From Gammaproteobacteria bacterium (GTDB taxonomy: Bacteria > Pseudomonadota > Gammaproteobacteria > Steroidobacterales > JABDLF01), in the NCBI GenBank assembly GCA_041609715.1, contig JBFIQI010000001.1, forward strand, positions 9,911 through 73,910: a DNA stretch of 64,000 nt. Direction: 5' to 3'. The notes under the pieces are model-generated. The model had not been told where the DNA came from. It saw only the letters and a list, made by a program, of their open reading frames with translations, and searched no databases. Positions 19,168 to 30,317 of this stretch are shown one piece after another. A program made the translations under genes and the position numbers. Within the stretch, counting starts at the first letter, position 1; the number at the start of each line of letters is the position of its first letter.

Positions 19168-20151
19168 ATGTCAGACACCGCTGCCAACGCCTCCGGAAAT
19201 CCGCTGGCCAGCACCTTCTGCGGCATGTCATTCGCTTCACCCATCGTGCTGCTTTCCGGCTGCGTGGGATTTGGCGAAGAGTACACACGGGTCGCCGGCT
19301 TTACCAACCGGGACGTGGGCGCGGTTTGCCTCAAGGGAACAACGGAGCAGGCGCGGTTGGGCAACCCGCCGCATCGTATTTATGAAACGCCCATGGGGAT
19401 GCTGAACGCCATCGGATTGCAGAACCCCGGGGCGCAGCATGTGGTTGAAAAAATTCTCCCGACGCTGGATTTCTCCGAAACCCGGTTCATTGCCAACGTC
19501 TGCGGTTCCACCATAGAAGAGTATGTGGCCGTGACGCGGCGTTTTGACGACTCACCCATTGATGCCATGGAAATCAACATTTCCTGCCCCAACGTGAAAG
19601 AGGGCGGTGTGGCCTTTGGCAATGACCCGGACATGTCGGCGCGGGTGGTGGCCGCCTGCCGCAAGGTCACCCAAAAACCCCTGATCACCAAGCTGTCCCC
19701 CAATCAAACGGATATTGCCGGCAACGCGCAGCGCTGCATCGATGCGGGCACCGATGCCTTTGCCGTAATCAACACGCTGATGGGCATGGCCATCGACGTG
19801 GAAAAGCGCGAGCCGGTGATCGGCAACATCCAGGGTGGGCTCTCGGGACCGGCCATCAAGCCCATTGCCCTGCTCAAGGTGCACCAGGTGCACGCGGTGG
19901 CCAGCAAACATGGTGTGCCCATAATCGGCCAGGGAGGCATCCACACCGCCGCCGATGCGCTGGAGTTCCTCATCGCCGGGGCCCACGCCGTGGGCATAGG
20001 AACCGCGCTGTTTTACGATCCCCTGATCTGCAAAAAAATCAACGACGGCATGCGCGATTACCTGGTTCGTCACCAGATGCAGAACATCAGCGAACTGATT
20101 GGCACGCTGCACCCCGGGCAGGTGGCGGTAGAAACCTGCGGCGCAGGCTAA
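19168..20151 (+). CDS. pyrD: Class 1 (1B-type catalytic subunit-like) dihydroorotate dehydrogenase
   Basis: Reads along its length like PyrD-1B: MLNAIGLQNPG, EINISCPNVKEGG (catalytic Cys), GGLSGPAIKP, IIGQGGI. No pyrK-like gene is adjacent. Confidence 0.75.
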   Translation: MSDTAANASGNPLASTFCGMSFASPIVLLSGCVGFGEEYTRVAGFTNRDVGAVCLKGTTEQARLGNPPHRIYETPMGMLNAIGLQNPGAQHVVEKILPTLDFSETRFIANVCGSTIEEYVAVTRRFDDSPIDAMEINISCPNVKEGGVAFGNDPDMSARVVAACRKVTQKPLITKLSPNQTDIAGNAQRCIDAGTDAFAVINTLMGMAIDVEKREPVIGNIQGGLSGPAIKPIALLKVHQVHAVASKHGVPIIGQGGIHTAADALEFLIAGAHAVGIGTALFYDPLICKKINDGMRDYLVRHQMQNISELIGTLHPGQVAVETCGAG

Positions 20152-20162
20152 AACAGGCGGTC

Positions 20163-21137
20163 TCAGTCGGCGTCGATTTCGAGGTCTTTGATTTTGCGCG
20201 TCAGCGTATTGCGGCCCCAGCCCAGGAGTCGCGCCGCTTCCTGGCGCTGGCCGCCGCTCTTGTCGAGGGCAGCCCGAATCATGACCCGCTCCAGCTCCGG
20301 CACCGCGATATCCAGGATACCCACCTGCCCCTCGTCCAGCGCCCGGCGCGCCCACTTGTCCAGGGCGCCCGACCAGCCGTCGCTGCGTTTTTGCGGTTTG
20401 CTCCACAGATCGTCGGGTAAATCATCGACATCAATGAGACGACCGTCGGTGAATGCCGTGGTGCGTCGGCACACGCTCTCCAGCTGTGGCAGGTTGCCGG
20501 GCCAGTCCAGTTCCACCAGCTTCTGAACCGCCGCTTCAGTCATGCTTTTTGCCATGATACTGAGTTCCTTGGCCTCCAGCGCCAGGTAATGTTTGATGAG
20601 GCCCGGGATATCGCTGCGACGGTGTCGCAGAGGTGGCAGGATCATCCGGTTGGCGGACAGCGCCTCCAGCAGGCGCTGATTGAAGAGCCCGGCGCTGGCG
20701 CGGGTTTTCAGGTCCTGGGTGGTGGCCGCCATGATGCGCGCGCCGGTCTTCACCGGCTTGTTGTGGCCGACGGGATAGAACTCGCCCTCTTGAAGCACGC
20801 GCAAAAGCTTGGCTTGTAAAGCCGGGATCAAGACGCCGATTTCGTCAAAATAAACGGTCCCGGCATTGGCGCGCATGAACGCTGCACTTTCGCCAAACAG
20901 CAGTCCCTCGATCTCGGCCGGCGCTGTCTCGCTCACATCCGCCACCACGAAAGCGCGCAGCGTCCCGCCAGCGTGCCGGTGCAGGGCCCGCGCAGTTTCT
21001 TCTTTGCCAGTGCCCTGCTCGCCCACCAGCAGGATGGGTGTGCGGCCGCCCGCCAGCTGTTCGAAAGACTCGCGGATTCTCACGACTGGCGGGCTGCTGC
21101 CCAGCAATTCAGGAATATTGACGGCGCGGCTCAGCAC
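20163..21137 (-). CDS. NtrC-derived sigma-54-activator-like protein lacking the receiver domain and the GAFTGA loop
   Basis: 324 aa. AAA+ core with Walker A GEQGTGKE and Walker B YFDEIG. The C-terminus QEAARLLGWGRNTLTRKIKDL is nearly identical to the NtrC HTH. No REC domain; GAFTGA region shortened to LFGESAAFMRANAG. GTG start. Confidence 0.75.
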   Translation of the reverse strand: MLSRAVNIPELLGSSPPVVRIRESFEQLAGGRTPILLVGEQGTGKEETARALHRHAGGTLRAFVVADVSETAPAEIEGLLFGESAAFMRANAGTVYFDEIGVLIPALQAKLLRVLQEGEFYPVGHNKPVKTGARIMAATTQDLKTRASAGLFNQRLLEALSANRMILPPLRHRRSDIPGLIKHYLALEAKELSIMAKSMTEAAVQKLVELDWPGNLPQLESVCRRTTAFTDGRLIDVDDLPDDLWSKPQKRSDGWSGALDKWARRALDEGQVGILDIAVPELERVMIRAALDKSGGQRQEAARLLGWGRNTLTRKIKDLEIDAD

Positions 21138-21167
21138 CAGATCGCACCATGCGCCGGGGTTCTGTGC

Positions 21168-21707
21168 CTAGTTGCGTACCCGGTTAAGAAGGTTGGTCTG
21201 GTGTACGAAAAACGTAACGGTTTCGCTGGCAGCCACCTGGCTGCCCTGTTCGTCCACCACTTCAGCTCGCAGATTGTGCTCACCGCGATATACATCCGTC
21301 AGGGTATGCCTGAGGCCCTGCGACGGCCAGCTGGAGATGAGCTGCCCGTCGTAATACACCCGAATGCTGTGGGTCCGCTGTAAACCCGGCACCAGGCTGA
21401 GGCTTACCGGCAGCTGGCCGCCGATGTTCCGGAAAGTTTCCTGCTCGGCGGGCCTCACTATGGTCAAACTCTGATAAATCCCCGCAGCTTCGGCTTCCCC
21501 CGGGGAGGCCGCCGCAGGTGCCCCGCTGCTCGGACGCACGCCTGGCCTCGCAGAATATGTTTGTGCGCCCCGAATCGTGATTTCCTCGGCATTTTCCCGA
21601 GGTCGATCGGAATAGTGCACGACACCGTTTTCGTCCACCCAGCGATAGGTTCCCGCCAAAGCCGGCAGGCACAGGCAAATTAACAATAATCCGCTGAGTA
21701 CTTTCAT
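21168..21707 (-). CDS. DUF4124 domain protein (secreted)
   Basis: Signal peptide MKVLSGLLLICLCLPALAG followed by YRWVDENGVVHYSDRP (DUF4124 signature). Confidence 0.65.
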   Translation of the reverse strand: MKVLSGLLLICLCLPALAGTYRWVDENGVVHYSDRPRENAEEITIRGAQTYSARPGVRPSSGAPAAASPGEAEAAGIYQSLTIVRPAEQETFRNIGGQLPVSLSLVPGLQRTHSIRVYYDGQLISSWPSQGLRHTLTDVYRGEHNLRAEVVDEQGSQVAASETVTFFVHQTNLLNRVRN

Positions 21708-21755
21708 GGCTACAGAATAAGGGCTGCATGGCCAACTCACCAAATATTGAGACCG

Positions 21756-21787
21756 GCGCGGCGCCGCACAATTCCGCGCGGCGCCGC
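21756..21787 (-). terminator. GC-rich hairpin downstream of glnA (possible terminator, weak U-tract)
   Basis: Two copies of GCGCGGCGCCGC (21756-21767 and 21776-21787), each containing the self-complementary core GCGGCGCCGC. They can pair across an 8-10 nt loop 15 nt after the glnA stop. The downstream U-run is poor. Confidence 0.4.
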
Positions 21788-21801
21788 CTGGCCCGGCTTT
21801 T

Positions 21802-23214
21802 TCAGAGGCTGTAGTACATGTCGAACTCCACCGGATGGGTGGTCATGCGCAACCGGGTGACATCTTCGCTTTTCAGGGCGATGAAGGCGTCAATGGCATC
21901 GTCGCTGAAGACTCCGCCGGCCTTGAGGAATTCGCGATCCGCGTCCAGGGCATCCAGCGCCTCCTCCAGCGAGTAACAAACTTCGGGAATATCGCTGGAT
22001 TCTTCCGGCGGCAGATCGTAAAGATCCTTGTCCATGGGATCGCCTGGATGAATTTTGTTGCGTATCCCGTCCAGTCCCGCCATCAACAGGGCTGTAAACG
22101 CGAAATACGGGTTGCAGGTCGAGTCCGGGAAGCGCACCTCGATCCGGCGTGCCTTGGGGTTGGCAATGAAAGGTATACGAATCGACGCCGAACGATTACG
22201 GGCCGAATAGGCAAGTTTCACCGGCGCCTCAAAGCCCGGCACCAGTCGCTTGTAACTGTTGGTGCGTGAATTGGTGTAGGCGTTCAGGGCGCGCGCATGT
22301 TTGATGATGCCGCCAATATAGAACAGCGCCGTTTCCGACAGGCCGCCGTAGCTGTCGCCGGTGAACAGGTTGTTACCATCTTTGGCCAGCGACTGATGCA
22401 CGTGCATGCCGTTGCCGTTATCGCCCACCAATGGTTTGGGCATGAAGGTGGCCGTTTTGCCATAGCCATGCGCAACATTCATAACCACGTATTTCAGAAT
22501 CTGCACTTCGTCCGCTTTGCGCACCAGCGAATTGAAGCCCACGCCGATTTCGCACTGTCCTGCTGTGGCCACCTCATGGTGATGCACCTCTGTTTTCAGG
22601 CCCATTTCTTCCAGCGCCACGCACATGGCGGAGCGAATGTCATGCAGGGAGTCAACCGGGGGCACCGGAAAGTATCCGCCCTTGACTCCGGGGCGATGCC
22701 CGAAGTTGCCGTCCTGATAGACCTTCTCGGAATTCCAGCCGGCTTCGGAGGAATCGATCTTGTAATGGGCGCCGCTCATCTCGCTGCCCCAGCGCACATC
22801 ATCAAACACGAAGAATTCGTTTTCCGGGCCAAAGAAAGCCTGGTCGGCGATGCCGGTGGACTTAAGGTATTCCTCGGCGCGCTTGGCAACAGAGCGGGGA
22901 TCGCGTTCATAGCCCTGCATGGTGGTGGGCTCAATGACATCGCAACGCAATACCAGGGTGCTGTCCTCGCTGAACACATCGATAACTGCGCTCTCGGGCT
23001 CCGGCATCAGGATCATGTCCGATTCGTTGATGCCCTTCCAGCCGGAGATCGAGGAACCGTCGAACATCTTGCCGTTCTCGAAAAAATCGTCGTCCACCAC
23101 GCTGCTGGGAATGGTCACGTGTTGTTCCTTACCGCGGGTATCGGTAAAGCGCAGGTCCACAAAGGACACCTCTTTTTCTTTCAGTAATTTGAAAACGTCT
23201 GACGAGCTCATCAA
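21802..23214 (-). CDS. glnA: Glutamine synthetase type I
   Basis: 470 aa with [24 protein letters not shown], and the adenylylation-site context [10 protein letters not shown]. Confidence 0.95.
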   Translation of the reverse strand: MMSSSDVFKLLKEKEVSFVDLRFTDTRGKEQHVTIPSSVVDDDFFENGKMFDGSSISGWKGINESDMILMPEPESAVIDVFSEDSTLVLRCDVIEPTTMQGYERDPRSVAKRAEEYLKSTGIADQAFFGPENEFFVFDDVRWGSEMSGAHYKIDSSEAGWNSEKVYQDGNFGHRPGVKGGYFPVPPVDSLHDIRSAMCVALEEMGLKTEVHHHEVATAGQCEIGVGFNSLVRKADEVQILKYVVMNVAHGYGKTATFMPKPLVGDNGNGMHVHQSLAKDGNNLFTGDSYGGLSETALFYIGGIIKHARALNAYTNSRTNSYKRLVPGFEAPVKLAYSARNRSASIRIPFIANPKARRIEVRFPDSTCNPYFAFTALLMAGLDGIRNKIHPGDPMDKDLYDLPPEESSDIPEVCYSLEEALDALDADREFLKAGGVFSDDAIDAFIALKSEDVTRLRMTTHPVEFDMYYSL

Positions 23215-23287
23215 TGGTTCCTCCGGAGCATGGGTTAAATTGTCTTGTTGCGGCCGCCATGCGGGCCACGCGCTTGACCTCGACTAG

Positions 23288-23303
23288 TGCATGATTCGCC
23301 CCA
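23288..23303 (-). promoter_or_regulatory. Candidate sigma-54 (-24/-12) promoter of glnA
   Basis: The minus strand reads TGGGGC-GAATC-ATGCA, with GG and GC at the consensus spacing of TGGCAC-N5-TTGCA, about 75 nt upstream of the glnA ATG. Confidence 0.45.
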
Positions 23304-23376
23304 CTTAGGCAGAATGGCCGCCTGCCGATTCACCGGCGGCCCCTCTTTGGCCCCGGAAACGGTGGGAACGAACACG

Positions 23377-23393
23377 TGCACCACTATGGGGCG
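23377..23393. promoter_or_regulatory. Candidate NtrC-type enhancer site 1
   Basis: TGCACC-ACTAT-GGGGCG versus consensus TGCACC-N5-GGTGCA. The left half is perfect; the right half matches 3 of 6. Confidence 0.4.
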
Positions 23394-23406
23394 GCAAGGA
23401 TACCAC

Positions 23407-23423
23407 TGCCCCCAAATGGTGCA
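23407..23423. promoter_or_regulatory. Candidate NtrC-type enhancer site 2
   Basis: TGCCCC-CAAAT-GGTGCA versus TGCACC-N5-GGTGCA (11 of 12 specified positions), about 105-135 nt upstream of the candidate -24/-12 element. Confidence 0.5.
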
Positions 23424-23511
23424 AGCTTTTTTTTGGCGGCTTTTTGGCGCTGGCCAGAGGGTGGCGAGCCTGCTTGATCGGTGCTTTTATTCGTCAGATG
23501 GCAACACGTTC

Positions 23512-24435
23512 ATGACAAATACAGACAATTTCCCCGCTCCTCAGACCTTTCAGGACCTGATTCGCAGCCTGCAGGATTTCTGGGCCCGGCATGGCTGCGT
23601 GGTTCTCCAGCCCTACGATATGGAAATGGGCGCGGGCACATTTCACCCCGCAACGTTTCTGCGCGCCATCGGCCCTGAGCCCTGGAACGCCGCCTATGTG
23701 CAGCCCTGCAGGCGGCCGACCGATGGCCGTTACGGCGAGAACCCAAATCGTCTGCAGCATTACTACCAGTTTCAGGTGGTCCTCAAGCCGTCCCCGCCGG
23801 ACATACAGGCCGTCTATCTGGAATCCCTGGCGGCCCTCGGTGTAGATCCCCATGTTCACGACATTCGTTTCGTTGAAGATAACTGGGAGTCCCCCACCCT
23901 GGGCGCCTGGGGCCTGGGCTGGGAGGTGTGGCTCGATGGTATGGAGGTCACCCAATTTACCTATTTCCAGCAGGCCGGCGGGCTGGATTGCAAACCGGTC
24001 ACCGGCGAGATTACCTATGGCCTGGAGCGCATCGCCATGTACCTGCAGGATGTCGAGTCTGTTTATGACTTGCTGTGGACCGAGGGGCCCCAGGGCAGGG
24101 TGACCTACGGCGGAGTTTTTCATCAAAACGAAGTAGAGCAATCAAAGTACAATTTTGAGGTGGCTGATACCGCGGCGCTGTTTGCACGCTTTGAGCAGTG
24201 CGAGGCCGAAAGCCGCGCCCTGGTGGATCAGGACTTGCCCCTGCCTGCCTACGAGCGGGTTTTGCAGGCATCCCATGCCTTCAACATGCTGGATGCGCGG
24301 CACGCCATATCCGTTACCGAGCGCCAGCGCTACATTCTGCGCGTGCGTGAATTGGCGCGGGCCGTGGCCAGCGCTTACTACGCGAACCGCGAGGCGCTGG
24401 GCTTTCCTCTGCTGGCCTCGGCGTCTGATAATTAA
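23512..24435 (+). CDS. glyQ: Glycine--tRNA ligase alpha subunit
   Basis: [18 protein letters not shown]..., [26 protein letters not shown]. The true start is the ATG at 23512; the listed ORF is extended upstream by 75 codons. Confidence 0.93.
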   Translation: MTNTDNFPAPQTFQDLIRSLQDFWARHGCVVLQPYDMEMGAGTFHPATFLRAIGPEPWNAAYVQPCRRPTDGRYGENPNRLQHYYQFQVVLKPSPPDIQAVYLESLAALGVDPHVHDIRFVEDNWESPTLGAWGLGWEVWLDGMEVTQFTYFQQAGGLDCKPVTGEITYGLERIAMYLQDVESVYDLLWTEGPQGRVTYGGVFHQNEVEQSKYNFEVADTAALFARFEQCEAESRALVDQDLPLPAYERVLQASHAFNMLDARHAISVTERQRYILRVRELARAVASAYYANREALGFPLLASASDN

Positions 24436-24446
24436 AGGCCACAAGT

Positions 24447-26537
24447 ATGCCCGCCACCCATGAGTTCCTGGTCGAGATCGGCACCGAAGAGCTGCCGCCG
24501 AAAGCGCTGCGCCGATTGATGCTGGCCTTTGCTGCCGAGCTGGAGCGTGGACTGGACGATGCTGCACTCACATACACTGCGGTGCTGCCCTTCGCCAGTC
24601 CGCGCCGACTGGCGGCTCGCGTTCAGGGGCTGGCTGCCGGTCAGCCGGAACGGGCCGCGGAGCACCGCGGCCCGCCCGTTAAAATCGCCTTTGACGAGGC
24701 CGGCAATCCCACCCGTGCAGCCACCGGCTTTGCCGCCACCCATGGGGTCGAGGTGGACCAACTGGAGCGGGTCGAGACGCCCAAAGGTGCCTGGCTTTAC
24801 TTTCGCAGCATGGAACGCGGCGCGCCCAGCGCAGAGCTGTTGCCGGGTATCGTGCAGGCGGCGCTGGAGCGGCTGCCCATTCCCCGCCGAATGCGTTGGG
24901 GCGCGGGCGAGGCAGAATTTGTGCGGCCGGTACACTGGCTGGTCATGCTGCTGGACGAGACCCTGGTGCCGGCAAGGCTGTTTGGCGTGGAGTCCGCTAG
25001 CCTTACCTATGGTCATCGCGTCCATGGTCCCGGGCCCCTGCAGCTTGGCCAGGCCAGCGACTATCCGGCTTTGCTGGAAGCGCGCGGGTTCGTGCTGGCC
25101 GATTTTGATGCCCGCCGCGCCCGCATCGAAAAGCTGGTGAGGGAGGCGGCGGCAGCTTCAGGGGGCGAGGCGGTGACAGACGACGAACTGCTGGATGAGG
25201 TCACCGCACTGGTGGAGTGGCCGCAGCCCATAAGCGGCGCCATACCCGAAGAGTTTCTCAGCTTACCGGAAGAGGTCCTGATCGCCACCCTCCAGGACCA
25301 TCAGCGCTATTTTCCTGTGCGCGGCAACGACGGTGAACTGCTGCCGGCATTTATTGCCGTTTCCAATATCGAAAGCAAGCGGCCCGAGCAGGTTCGAGAA
25401 GGTAATGAACGGGTGGTTCGGCCGCGTCTCGCGGATGCTGCCTTTTTTTACCGGGAAGATCGTAAGCGGCCCCTTGCCGAGCGCTTTGAGCGCCTGGAGG
25501 GTGTGCTGTTCCAGGAGCGCCTGGGTTCGCTGGCGGATAAAACGCGCCGGGTCCGGGTGCTGGCCGCGAGCATAGCGGCCGACTGCGGTGCCCGTGGGGA
25601 AACAACCGAGCGCGCGGTCTTGCTGTCGCGCTGTGACCTGGTGACCAGCATGGTGGGGGAGTTTCCGGAGCTACAGGGCATCATGGGACGTTACTACGCC
25701 CTGGCCGACGGCGAAGAGGCGGAGGTGGCAACCGCCATAGAGGAACTCTACCTGCCCCGGCATGCCGGTGACCGACTGCCGGTGACCGCAACCGGGCGCG
25801 CCCTCGCCATCGCCGACAGGGTCGATACGCTGGCGGGCATTTTTTCCATCGGGCAGCCGCCCACCGGTACCCGTGATCCCTTCGGCCTGCGGCGCGCAGC
25901 ATTGGGTGTTTTGCGCATCATCATCGAGTGCGAACTGGAAATCGATTTGCGGCCATTGCTCACAGAGGCCGTGGCCCTGTGCCCGGACCGGGCCGCCGCG
26001 CCGGCGGACATTGAAAGCGCCGTTCTCGATTACATGCTGGAGCGACTCAGGGCCTATTACCTCGAGGCTGAGGACAGCCCGATCTCACCGGAAATGTTTG
26101 AGGCGGTGCTGGCCCGCCGCCCTACCCGTCCGCTGGACTTTCACCGGCGCATTCTGGCGGTGCAGGAATTTATGGGCCTCGATGCGGCCGCGGCGCTGGC
26201 CGCCGCCAACAAGCGCATTGCCAATATTCTCAGGAAGGCGCCGGGCCAGTGGCCTGGCGCCAGCGATCCGAGCTTGTTTGAAGAAGAGGCGGAACGCGGG
26301 CTTTACGAGCAGCTGCAGGCGGTTGCCCCACGGGTCGCAACTGCGGCTGAGCGCGGCAGCTATACGACAGCTTTGCAGGAGCTCGCGGAGTTGCGCGCGC
26401 CGGTGGATCGGTTTTTCGATGACGTGATGGTCATGTGCGACGACCCGCAGCTGCGCAACAATCGGTTGGCGCTGCTGGACAGTCTGCACGGGTTGTTTAC
26501 CGATACTGCCGACATCTCCCGGCTGTCGCCCGCGTGA
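24447..26537 (+). CDS. glyS: Glycine--tRNA ligase beta subunit
   Basis: 696 aa with N-terminal FLVEIGTEELPPK and later KDPFGLRRAALG-like RDPFGLRRAALGVLRI. Immediately follows glyQ. Confidence 0.93.
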   Translation: MPATHEFLVEIGTEELPPKALRRLMLAFAAELERGLDDAALTYTAVLPFASPRRLAARVQGLAAGQPERAAEHRGPPVKIAFDEAGNPTRAATGFAATHGVEVDQLERVETPKGAWLYFRSMERGAPSAELLPGIVQAALERLPIPRRMRWGAGEAEFVRPVHWLVMLLDETLVPARLFGVESASLTYGHRVHGPGPLQLGQASDYPALLEARGFVLADFDARRARIEKLVREAAAASGGEAVTDDELLDEVTALVEWPQPISGAIPEEFLSLPEEVLIATLQDHQRYFPVRGNDGELLPAFIAVSNIESKRPEQVREGNERVVRPRLADAAFFYREDRKRPLAERFERLEGVLFQERLGSLADKTRRVRVLAASIAADCGARGETTERAVLLSRCDLVTSMVGEFPELQGIMGRYYALADGEEAEVATAIEELYLPRHAGDRLPVTATGRALAIADRVDTLAGIFSIGQPPTGTRDPFGLRRAALGVLRIIIECELEIDLRPLLTEAVALCPDRAAAPADIESAVLDYMLERLRAYYLEAEDSPISPEMFEAVLARRPTRPLDFHRRILAVQEFMGLDAAAALAAANKRIANILRKAPGQWPGASDPSLFEEEAERGLYEQLQAVAPRVATAAERGSYTTALQELAELRAPVDRFFDDVMVMCDDPQLRNNRLALLDSLHGLFTDTADISRLSPA

Positions 26538-26538
26538 C

Positions 26539-27072
26539 ATGAGCGTGCTGGTGCTGGATCGCGACGGCGTGATCAACCACGAGTCGCCCGACTTCATCCG
26601 GGCCCCCGGCGACTGGAATCCGCTGCCCGGCAGCCTCGAGGCCATTGCGCGTCTGAGCGCCGGCGGCTGGCAAGTCGCCGTGGCCACCAACCAGTCCGGC
26701 GTGGGCCGCGGTTATCTGGACGTTGCGACACTGGATGCCATTCACGACAAGATGCGGCGTGCTGTCGCCGGCGTCGGCGGCGAGCTCGGTGAGATCGTCT
26801 ATTGCCCACACCTGCCCGATGCCGGCTGTCCGTGTCGCAAACCCCGCCCGGGTTTGTTAAATCAATTGGCGACCATTTACTCCGTGCCCGCCCGCGATCT
26901 GGTGATCGTGGGCGATTCTTTGCGGGATCTCCAGGCGGCCGCAGCCGTGGGGGCCCGCGCCTATCTGGTGCGCACCGGCAACGGGCGCACAAGCGAAAGT
27001 GCCGCTCCCAAAGACGTTACGGTGGCGGACGATCTTGCGGCCGTGGCCGAGCTCCTGTTGACGGGCCGCTGA
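26539..27072 (+). CDS. gmhB: D-glycero-beta-D-manno-heptose 1,7-bisphosphate 7-phosphatase (HAD)
   Basis: LVLDRDGVIN (HAD motif I), ATNQSGVGRG, the CPHxPxxxCxCRKP zinc site, and VGDSLRD. Confidence 0.85.
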   Translation: MSVLVLDRDGVINHESPDFIRAPGDWNPLPGSLEAIARLSAGGWQVAVATNQSGVGRGYLDVATLDAIHDKMRRAVAGVGGELGEIVYCPHLPDAGCPCRKPRPGLLNQLATIYSVPARDLVIVGDSLRDLQAAAAVGARAYLVRTGNGRTSESAAPKDVTVADDLAAVAELLLTGR

Positions 27073-27824
27073 TGCCCCCCACGAGCACCAACAGGCTCGT
27101 TGTCTTTCTGCGCTCGTCGCTGTTTATGCTGCTGGCGGTGGTGTCGGTCCTGGCCCATGCCAGCGCGCTGGTGTTGTTGTTCTGGCTGCCCCATGCCAGC
27201 GCCTACCGCATCGTGTTGTCATTCGGCAAACAGTTCCTGTGGCTGCTGAAACATGTGGTCGGGCTTGATTACGTGGTGCACGGGACCGAAAACATCCCCG
27301 CCGAAAACACCGTGGTCTATCTCAAGCATGAGTCGGTATGGGAGACGATTGCCGAACTCATGCTGTTTCCGCGCCAGTGCTGGGTATTGAAACATGAGCT
27401 TATGTGGGTGCCTTTTATCGGCTGGGCGCTGCTCAAGCTAAAACCCATTGCCATCGATCGCAAAGCCCGCGGCACGGCATTGGAGCAGGTGGTGCGCCAG
27501 GGCCGGGAACGGTTGCGCGAAGGCCTGTGGATAATGATATTTCCCGAGGGCACCCGGGTGGCGCCGGGAACCACCCGGCGTTACGGGCTGAGCGGTGCGG
27601 TGCTGGCTCGTGAGGCCGGGAAGAAAATTCTGCCGGTGGCCCACAACGCGGGCGATTTCTGGCCGCGCCGGAGTTTCATGAAGTATCCCGGTACCGTCCA
27701 GGTTTTTATTGGCCCCCCCATAGAAACATATGGTCGGTCGCCGGGGGCGATCAACCGCGAAGCCCAGGAGTGGATCGAGGGGCGCCTGGCCTTGTTGCAC
27801 AGCCGCCCCGGTGCGAGCGCCTGA
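27072..27824 (+). CDS. Lysophospholipid (1-acyl-sn-glycerol-3-phosphate) acyltransferase family protein
   Basis: N-terminal TM, an HESVWET (HX4E/D-type) box and an FPEGTR box. The ATG at 27072 overlaps the gmhB stop (TGATG). Same position as the acyltransferase next to gyrB in Pseudomonas. Confidence 0.75.
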   Translation: MPPTSTNRLVVFLRSSLFMLLAVVSVLAHASALVLLFWLPHASAYRIVLSFGKQFLWLLKHVVGLDYVVHGTENIPAENTVVYLKHESVWETIAELMLFPRQCWVLKHELMWVPFIGWALLKLKPIAIDRKARGTALEQVVRQGRERLREGLWIMIFPEGTRVAPGTTRRYGLSGAVLAREAGKKILPVAHNAGDFWPRRSFMKYPGTVQVFIGPPIETYGRSPGAINREAQEWIEGRLALLHSRPGASA

Positions 27825-27848
27825 TGCGTCGCCAGGTTGGCGCCCGCA

Positions 27849-30317
<2,469 letters not shown>

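Noticed and set aside
23287-23511. N-terminal extensions of listed ORFs: glyQ 23287-23511, acyltransferase 26802-27071, mnmE 36622-36825, prpB 57417-57902, oppD 50573-50725, oppF 51610-51684, S41 protease 9146-9253, DUF4124 21708-21743.
   Set aside because: The extensions overlap upstream genes or intergenic DNA and read as Arg/Pro/Gly-rich nonsense. The conserved protein begins at an internal ATG/GTG, often with an SD or an ATGA/TGATG coupling to the preceding stop.
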